A stretch of DNA of 27,847 bases from Psammoneis japonica. Taxonomy: Eukaryota. The stretch covers positions 124,001 through 151,847 of the forward strand of contig QPGO01000175.1 of assembly GCA_008632985.1 (NCBI GenBank), read 5' to 3'. The position numbers and the translations under genes are program-made. Below, in pieces: positions 20,550 through 27,847 of the stretch. The first letter of the stretch is position 1. Each line of letters starts with the position of its first letter. The notes below the pieces were generated by a model, which was given only the letters and a program-made list of their open reading frames with translations, was not told the DNA's origin and ran no database searches.

Positions 20550-22586
20550 AGGTTTATGAGAACAAGGGCAAAACAAAAAAGAAAAAATTAGTCACTTTAG
20601 TGTATAATGTCGTACATGAGCGAAGTTTTCCGCAACTTTTTATTTATTCTTTCGGCTTATAAAAAGTAGGCCTAGTATGACAGAACTCGAGCAAAACTTT
20701 GGATAGGTTTAGATCGTCCTCTAGCTGTCATTGTACTTCAAGACGAATTCAAATGATGCGACTTCTTGTTGAGGCGCTTTGCGCTGCTGCTCTTTACCCT
20801 TTTACTAGCCCAGTCATTTTTAGCCCTGGCGAATTATTATCGCCCAGTAGTATTATGTTTCTATAGGGAATCGAGAAAACACCACCCATCAAGAAGGATA
20901 TGGTACGCTGTAGTCCAGCCACGCACAGAGTTTACGGCGAAAAACTAAAAGCGTTTGTAAGAGAATACATGATGATTGGTTTGATTTGAATTGGCACACT
21001 ACTAGAGTTATTACTTAGCACACGAGAAGGCTGAATGTTTGTTTCAAGCAAATATTGGTTTCCTCTATCTCTTTCCGGGTTGATAATTCGAGTCCGACTC
21101 ACAAGCTCACAAGTCCCAGCGATTTCTGGCAACAGGAGACTTCAGTACAAGTTCCATCACTCCGGCAGCATTTATGGGCTCAGAAGACATTCGCACTCCT
21201 GCGGACGATGCTCTGGTGCTCGGTATATTATTATTTGTGCTGCGGGCAACAAAAGGAGTGCCGAAAGCATCCCCCAAAAATGTCGCCGTCATTGCCAGTC
21301 ATGAGGGGCATCGAGATTCCAACGATGTCCCTATCATGACTATTACGAGTACTATGCTCCAGACTTTGACCTTCATCTCAAACCAGAACCACGAGAGAAT
21401 CTGAAAAAGGCGGAGTGAGTAGCTCCATACATACACTTGTTGTTGCTCTGGAAGCTTCACCAAGACCCAATCCCCTAAATAGACATTTTCACAAAACACC
21501 TAGAACTGAGGCGCAGCAAACCCGACAAATAGAACTGCAAAGAGCCGAAATCCCAACTGCCAAATGTATAGCACGTTTGACGCGAGCCCCAACAGTCGAA
21601 ACAGAAAGACCAAGATGTGAATCAACTAGAGTATGGTGCAACCCAATCCAATCAGTTTGGTGGCACTGTCAGTAATCTTTGACTCTCCAAAACTAGATCC
21701 AAGCACGCAAAGAAGCAACGTAGTAGCCCGGAGAGTTTTCTTCTCGACATTTCTCACACGACAAACGTTTTCTGGATACCTTAGGCAAAACTCTGCCAAG
21801 AAACAGATACACGACCGTGAGATTAAACAATGCAGTTGGATAGCCCAAGGACACTTCGTCATTTCAGACAATTTGTCCAAATCACGGGCAAACGAAGGCA
21901 GGCGGCTTCCACCGACAAGCCAAGCTCAGTGTCGGAATTGGAACCGCGCTATGCATTGCTCTACAACCAATGGCTTATTCTTTCATACGTGCACTTGTAT
22001 ACACTCGGCGGGAGAGAGGAGCCGCGTTACCTGTATCGGCTTGAAGGCCTCGTTTGGCAGTTTGAAATTAGAATGAGTCTGTCCTGAGAACTGAAATAGC
22101 TTCTTGTGAATAATGTGTCTAGTACAAATGCCATGACACCTAGCAACTTGAACATGGACCCTTCCGTGCCAACGGAGCATCCGACTTTCACTGCAAAACA
22201 TCGCAATAACCGCTTGCCCTATTCGTGATTCATAACATTTTTGGCCGATGATCTCAGATAACGTGCCTGAAAGACTCAAAAACCCTATGCGGGTAGCCAA
22301 AAGGTGGATATTGTCATTTTTCGCAACCATGTAGGTGGCCGCTCTCGACCGCTCTGTTTCCATGGTTCCAGGGAAGGCGGCAATTATCCTGCTTCTTATA
22401 GAGTGGCCGAAACCAGCGAAAAGAAAAAGAAGGGCGTGTAGCTCAACTTCTGTCCAAGATGAGCAACAAGGATCAGCATTAAGGAAGAATTCGTCAGACC
22501 TCGATAATCCGCTTGAGTTAAGAATATGATACCACAACAATTCGAGGAAGACTTACTGATTGGATCAGTTCGAGAATGGGAAACGA

Positions 22587-23278
22587 CTAAAACTGCTGAT
22601 CATCGTCCTCACTGCCCACGCTTGATGAAGAGGACGTACTGCCACTGTAGCTGCTACTATTACTGCTGCTGCTGCCACTGCGATTGCTGGCCACCTCTTT
22701 TTTGGTAATACTGCCATCATCAATGTCTGCTTCCTTCTTATAGCCCCTGTGGCCGCTGCTACTTTGTATTTCAGCATCTTTCTTATGGTGGACTGTTGGC
22801 GTCCTCAAGCTCCTATCGTGACTAAATACACAATTGTTGCCCTTTTTGCATTTCCCATTCTTGGCAAAGAAAGTGCACAGTCGCTGATTCTTCGGCGTAA
22901 TCTCGTCTTGCACAGGTCTTGCAAATCGGCACTTGGTCACGTCGTCTCGTTTCTTGGCGCAGAAGAAAAAGTACACACCGTTGGCCCGCGATTGATCACC
23001 ACCAGCCTTACTTTTCTTCACCTTTTTCAGCCGGGACGTTTCTCCGCAAAAACACTTGGGAGGCTTGATCTTTTGTAACTCTCTTGCGCGTTAATGTCCG
23101 CAGCCGAAGGGTCAACGCCAGGCACAGCAACGTGATGCGTCTTTTTCTTTTTTCGCTTCTTCTTGGAACATTGTTGGATCCAATGACCAGATATTCCGCA
23201 CAAATCACAGACATAGCCGTCCGGTGGAGTAGATACCTTGCGTTTGCTGTTGCTTGCGGTCGCTTCTGCTTCGCTCAT
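22587..23278 (-). CDS. Zinc knuckle (CX2CX3GHX4C) + GRF-like + CCCH zinc-finger protein with one frameshift at ~23091 (pseudogene or sequence error)
   Basis: PPDGYVCDLCGISGHWIQQC; after the 1-nt shift RARELQKIKPPKCFCGETSR...YFFFCAKKRDDVTKCRF; then CTFFAKNGKCKKGNNCVFSH (C-x8-C-x5-C-x3-H); Ser-rich tail. Confidence 0.8.
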
Positions 23279-23332
23279 GGTCTCATGGTATGGTAGTGTC
23301 GCTCGAGTTGGTGAGCACGTGTACATAGAGTT

Positions 23333-23438
23333 GCGAGGTCTGAGGTCTTTTGAAAAAACCGTTGGACCTCGCGAAAAAACCGTTGGACCTCGAGAAAAAA
23401 GTCGCGAAAAAGGCATTAGACCTCGCATTAGACCTCGC
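23333..23438. repeat. Composite short tandem repeats with a recurring GACCTC(GC) motif upstream of the zinc-finger gene
   Basis: 21-bp unit GAAAAAACCGTTGGACCTCG(C/A) x2 (23352-23393); 12-bp unit GCATTAGACCTC x2 (23413-23436); inverted GCGAGGTC/GAGGTC at 23333-23347. Confidence 0.85.
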
Positions 23439-23526
23439 GGCTCGCTCATGCAGCCTGGAGCACACCAGACACCATGACGAATGACGAGCACCATCGGACG
23501 AAACGCGTCTCAGGATAACACAGCAT

Positions 23527-23607
23527 CGGTCTCCACTTGCCCATTTCAAGGAGATGGTTCATAATGTACCGAATCATCAGTGACTAAAAATGGGCAAGTG
23601 GAGATCG
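23527..23607. repeat. 81-nt hairpin / inverted repeat
   Basis: CGGTCTCCACTTGCCCATTT (23527-23546) pairs with AAATGGGCAAGTGGAGATCG (23588-23607): 17 bp perfect, 20 bp allowing one G-U. Inner stem GATGGTTC/GAATCATC closes a 10-nt loop. Confidence 0.85.
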
Positions 23608-24861
23608 TAAGCTGAGGGAAAAACAAAAAGAAGAAACTGAGAGGCATCTTTTGTTCTTCTTTTTTGACGTGATTGTATATAATCCTGCGTCAACATTGGC
23701 GTCATGGATCGGTCGTACAAGTATTGGTGCCGTATGACCATCTTTGGCAATGCTAGTTCGAAAGAGGGCGGGCATCTTGTTGGTACATGCCGTGGAGGTT
23801 GTCTGGAGTATATTTCAGTGGCATTGTGGACGGCAATCCGAGGAGCATTTCTGTGTGGTGCCGCACGCGACTCTACAGGCAAAAAATCAGTAAGAGCCGC
23901 TCGCATAGCCTGATGATTTCATGCCAGTCATCCAGATGGTATTTGTGAATGGCACCGGTACCGGGCGGTTGGTCATCGAAAAATTACGACCGTTGTCAGA
24001 TTAGAAGTATCTCGAACTCGAACCTTCGCTTTGCTATTGCTAGTGAGCCGGGAAAAGTGGCTCCTCATTACGACGGTTTCATGTGTACGAGTAACACAGT
24101 ATCACAGAAGAGAATGGCATGCATGCAGGCTTCTGCAGGACAGATTGAGCGGGTGGACGATGCCACTCTTGTCATCTGAGCTGCTCATCAAGAAATGGAC
24201 TCATGACTGCAAGCAATTTTTCGAGGTGACTTATGCATGGTGACAGAAAGATCCTTGAACATGAAATCGAGGACTTCCAAGAGAATTATGTAGATGCATC
24301 TGTCTCCTTCACTGTCATAGCCATCAATGTTCAACATGTTCGAACGAGAGAAAAATTGTCTTTGCGGAAAACGAAAGCGGGCGAGTGCGCTCTCGGCCAC
24401 AAACATGAACCTGTTCGACAAGAAGAATGGATCTCGAAATATGACACGCCGGAGAGGATTTTGTCGATCTTCTACGAGACGAGGCTAGAGTTGTACATTG
24501 AGAGGAAGTAGCTTCTATTACAAAAGGGTGCGACGGGACAAAAAGATGTTGGCTAATGAGGCTCGATTTGCCGAGGGCTTGTGATGGAGATAACGACGTA
24601 GGCAATCGTAAACAGACTAATATTCTCGCTGATCTTGCGGACTGTGGCTACGACTTGATGGCAAGGAAGAGAAGCTGATAGTAGCAAGGACCGATGATGT
24701 ATCCGGGGTATCAATTGGTTTTACACGCTCGCTCCGTGTTCCATTTCAATCCAACGATTCGAATCATCTTTTCACTTTTATTTCTTTTAGCGCTACCATA
24801 ATAAAAACATTGAATCATACATCTTGTACATCATGTAGCTATCTACTGTGCAGTCGAAGGA

Positions 24862-27783
24862 CTATTCGTGTTGCGCGTAGCTTCTTTCTTGGGTCGTGCT
24901 TGTCGCCGACTGCGACGTCAAAGCAGTAGTGCCATTATGTCCTTGTGGCACCTTGAACTCAAAGTCACTGACGAGACTTACGTGATCGCTCGGCATGAAC
25001 TCATTCGGCATGGCTACAGCATACTCCTTAATCTGTTGTTCTGTCGGCATAACAGCGGAGCGTTTGCGTTCAAAGTCGGGTTCGGAAACCAAGATATAGT
25101 CAAGCGTCTCTTCAAAATCAATTGCATAGTTAGTAAACTTGGGCATTTCTTCATATCCCGAAATGAGATTTGGGAAGGAGGTCGGCAAAACTAGAGGAGG
25201 AGGGGAAATCGCGAGCTCGTTCTCATTCTCGTGACTGGAAGCAAAAACTCCGATTCCGCCTTCATCGTCACTATCGCTGTCGATGTATTCTCGAGCATCC
25301 TGAAACGCCTCCTGTTGATAGATCGGTTGAAAATTTGCATCTTCAGCGTCAACCTCGTCATTTCCAACGTAGCCATGCTCTACCATAAACTCATAGTCCC
25401 CCATATACCACTTGTAGTCGTGCAGATGCTTCCAAGTATCAAAATGGTCAGAGCTTAGCCGACGCTGCAACAAAAGCTGCAGCGCGCCCGATAAAGGAGT
25501 TGCATTCATATCACCGCATAGGACGATTGGATACGGTGATCGTTGCTTCTGTTGATTTCCATCATTGAACTGCCGACGGACGGTGTCCAGTTGCTTACAG
25601 ACAACGTATGCCTGCATGGCACGCACATGATCTGCCATTGGGTGGTAAAACAAATGGGTGTTCCCAACCACTATCTTTTCTGGCTTGTGGTATTGTGAAT
25701 TGCGCAGTGTTAAGGTTGCAATCTGAAGTATCTGTCCGACCTTTTCCCTCGTGACTCGCCGAAGTTCGTCGTGCTTCGACAAGAGATTATCAATGTTATC
25801 CATGGAATCCCACTTAGAATAGCCGTGGCGATGCTTCGCGTCCACATCGTCTTCGTTGGTGCCCATGAACAAGTCACGCAAAGAAAAGGAAGCTTGATCT
25901 GACTGAGACGCATACTCAAAGGAATCAAGGGACCAAAACATCGCGCAACCCTCTAGCTGTGCGCTAGCTTTGTTACTGTAGTATCCTTGATAACCTTGTG
26001 ACGCCATGACGGGCTCCAAAAAGGAGTAGAAAATCGTGGAGTCCACCTCTTGGAGACAGATAATGTCAGCTTGATGCGCGAGAATTTCATAAACAAGCAT
26101 AGGCATTCGACGACTCCTATGCAGAAATTGTGGATCACAATGATTGTACCTATCGCAGAACACGGGGCGGTGAGGTGAGATGGGGAGAAAACGGTTTAGA
26201 ATCCCGAGGAATGCCGATATTCCTCACAAAATAAGAAACTTACATGAGCTTCTGGTCAACTTCTCTCGAGGTGTATAAATCAGCAAGAAGGTTGTAGGTC
26301 AAAACTCGTATACTGTTTTCACCTCTTTCTCGTGACGTATTTAGCCAGTCGTCGCGAATTGGGCTTAGGAGCGGCATACGAGGCAAAGCCTCCACTGGAT
26401 ATCTGAATTCGTCTATTGAGATAACAAGATGGGATTAGAAACACGATGCGGTACAGCAACTCTGTCAACAATGATCTTTCTTACATGCTTCTTCGCAGCC
26501 GTGGCCATCGTGACCAGGGCGAGTCGGTATGATGAGCACCGCCAGTTTCTTTCCCACAATATCTTCTGTTGGGATGAAACAATGTGAGTCATTACATACC
26601 TCGGTTCCGTCGGCAAACCAAGACACCTCTGCTTTGCTGGCGTGAAGAATTTCTGTTGATATCACAATAGGGACGCCAACAAAAAGACGAGATTCAAACT
26701 TATCATAGGTCTTGACAGACAGAACTGTTGGAGGGCACGATGAGATCTGAAGGCTAACGGGACAGCAAAGGCTTGGAACAGTCAATAAGAGTTCAATGCT
26801 GTCACTTCCGGCAGCCGCAACATCCCTGCAAAGGCTTTCGCTGGACATTTGAGAAATATCAAGTTTCCTATATCCATCCTTGGAGACGGGTGTCATAGAC
26901 AACTCATCTCCATCAGTACCACTGCCGTCAATGCCCAAAGAGCTATCCAAGGGAACCATGATGGATGAACTGCACGCCCCTGCCAGAACTTTCGACGAAA
27001 GTCGAATGTTCCTCTTCTCCTTTCTTCCCAAATGCCTTCCGCAAAACAAAGCAAAGTCGCATCCTTTGTTTTGAAGCCTCCTCTCCATTGAAATACCTAA
27101 GCGATGGAGCATCCGATCCGCAGGCTCGTCCCCTTTTCGATTCAAGTGTATCTCCAAGTGTCCCTTATTTGCAAGCGTACGCTCCATGTTGGTGAGTTCA
27201 GAACTTTCTGCACGTCTGTTTTCCTTTGCTTCAGTTTCTTCTAGATCAAGGTCAACAGTGACATTGATGGAAACAATCGGGTCCGCCTTCTGATCTTCTT
27301 GTCCAGCTTTAATCCTTTTGCAGGCATATGAATCATCTCTTGCCTTGCTGTCTGTATCCTTTTGTAACCGTAACGATGTAGTTGCTTGCGATTGCGCATC
27401 AACTCTGACACGTCCTTTACCTTGCATTCTGGCTTTCCTGGTTGATACTCACGGAAATCCCTAGGCATGACTCGTGCCGTCAAATGTCCTCGAAGGTGCC
27501 AATGGCCGTCTCTGTCCTGTTTGGATTCGTCTTCGTCGCTACTACTTGATGTCTCATCCGTTGACATGCTTATTGAAACAGATGAGATGGATCGTCGCCT
27601 TTGAGTTGAGCGAACAAATGTGGGCGGCAGGCGACGCTTTAGACGATTATTCGTTCGAAACGGTCCCTTCCTCGAAATCGTAACTCGTAGTAGGCACGCC
27701 CACATGGCCACGACTACAATTATTCGAAGAACGCCTATCAATACACTCGCTAAGAATTGTTCTGTGCAATCTGTTGTTATCAT
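24862..27783 (-). CDS. PDE12: 2',5'-phosphodiesterase 12-like EEP (CCR4/nocturnin/Angel superfamily) nuclease, spliced
   Basis: EEP motifs RVLTYNLLADLY, IICLQEVD, GCAMFW, VVGNTHLFYHP, VLCGDMNATP, FTNY..TLDYI and MPSDH; PDE12-like N-terminal part (EIHLNRKGDEPADRMLHRL; VGKKLAVLIIP). Frame-preserving introns 26413-26484 (GTAAGA..TAG) and 26150-26243 (GTAAGT..TAG). The 5' frames join only through a possible intron 27290-27420 or a frameshift. Confidence 0.88.
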
Positions 27784-27847
27784 GCCGAAGGTTCGTACGT
27801 ACGGCCTCTTGCGTCATTGCAGATACACTCGTTGATCGATAAGGATG

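Noticed and set aside
20766..22560. Possible genes (signal-peptide-like MKVKVWSIVLVIVMIG on the minus strand at ~21300-21380; ORF 21983..22540)
   Set aside because: An in-frame stop follows the leader, and there are no recognisable domains or consistent exon structure.
23527..23607. Hairpin as SECIS, tRNA or C/D snoRNA
   Set aside because: No AUGA/GA quartet in the right geometry, no cloverleaf, and no terminal C/D boxes.
23610..24760. Plus-strand gene downstream of the hairpin
   Set aside because: Only short protein-like stretches in shifting frames (e.g. 24233..24511); possibly a pseudogene but unidentifiable.

Overview
Eukaryotic sequence with GT-AG introns, most likely a diatom or other stramenopile (inferred from the gene families and short introns). 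It falls into three zones. (1) 1-~8433 is a repeat-rich domain containing a pogo/Tc5-type DDE transposase relic and a 500-bp piggyBac-like MITE. Here the dinucleotide TpA is almost absent (about 20 by manual count in 8.4 kb, only 8 in the first 6.4 kb, all 8 next to A/T tracts), CpG is depleted in the core, and CA/TG are abundant. This looks like a repeat-targeted TpA->TpG/CpA hypermutation, the reverse direction of fungal RIP, and it is the most striking signal in the window. (2) ~8.8-14.7 kb is a belt of ordinarily decayed pseudogenes (NSF-like AAA ATPase, lipase maturation factor, coiled-coil relic) with normal TpA content. (3) ~15-27.8 kb holds mostly intact genes: an orphan 354-aa ORF with upstream 80-bp tandem repeats, a GDNPS-motif protein, an SLC25 carrier with non-canonical signature motifs, a frameshifted CCHC/GRF/CCCH zinc-finger gene and a spliced PDE12-like EEP nuclease. 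It also contains a motif array and an 81-nt hairpin. All counts were made by eye and no database searches were run.
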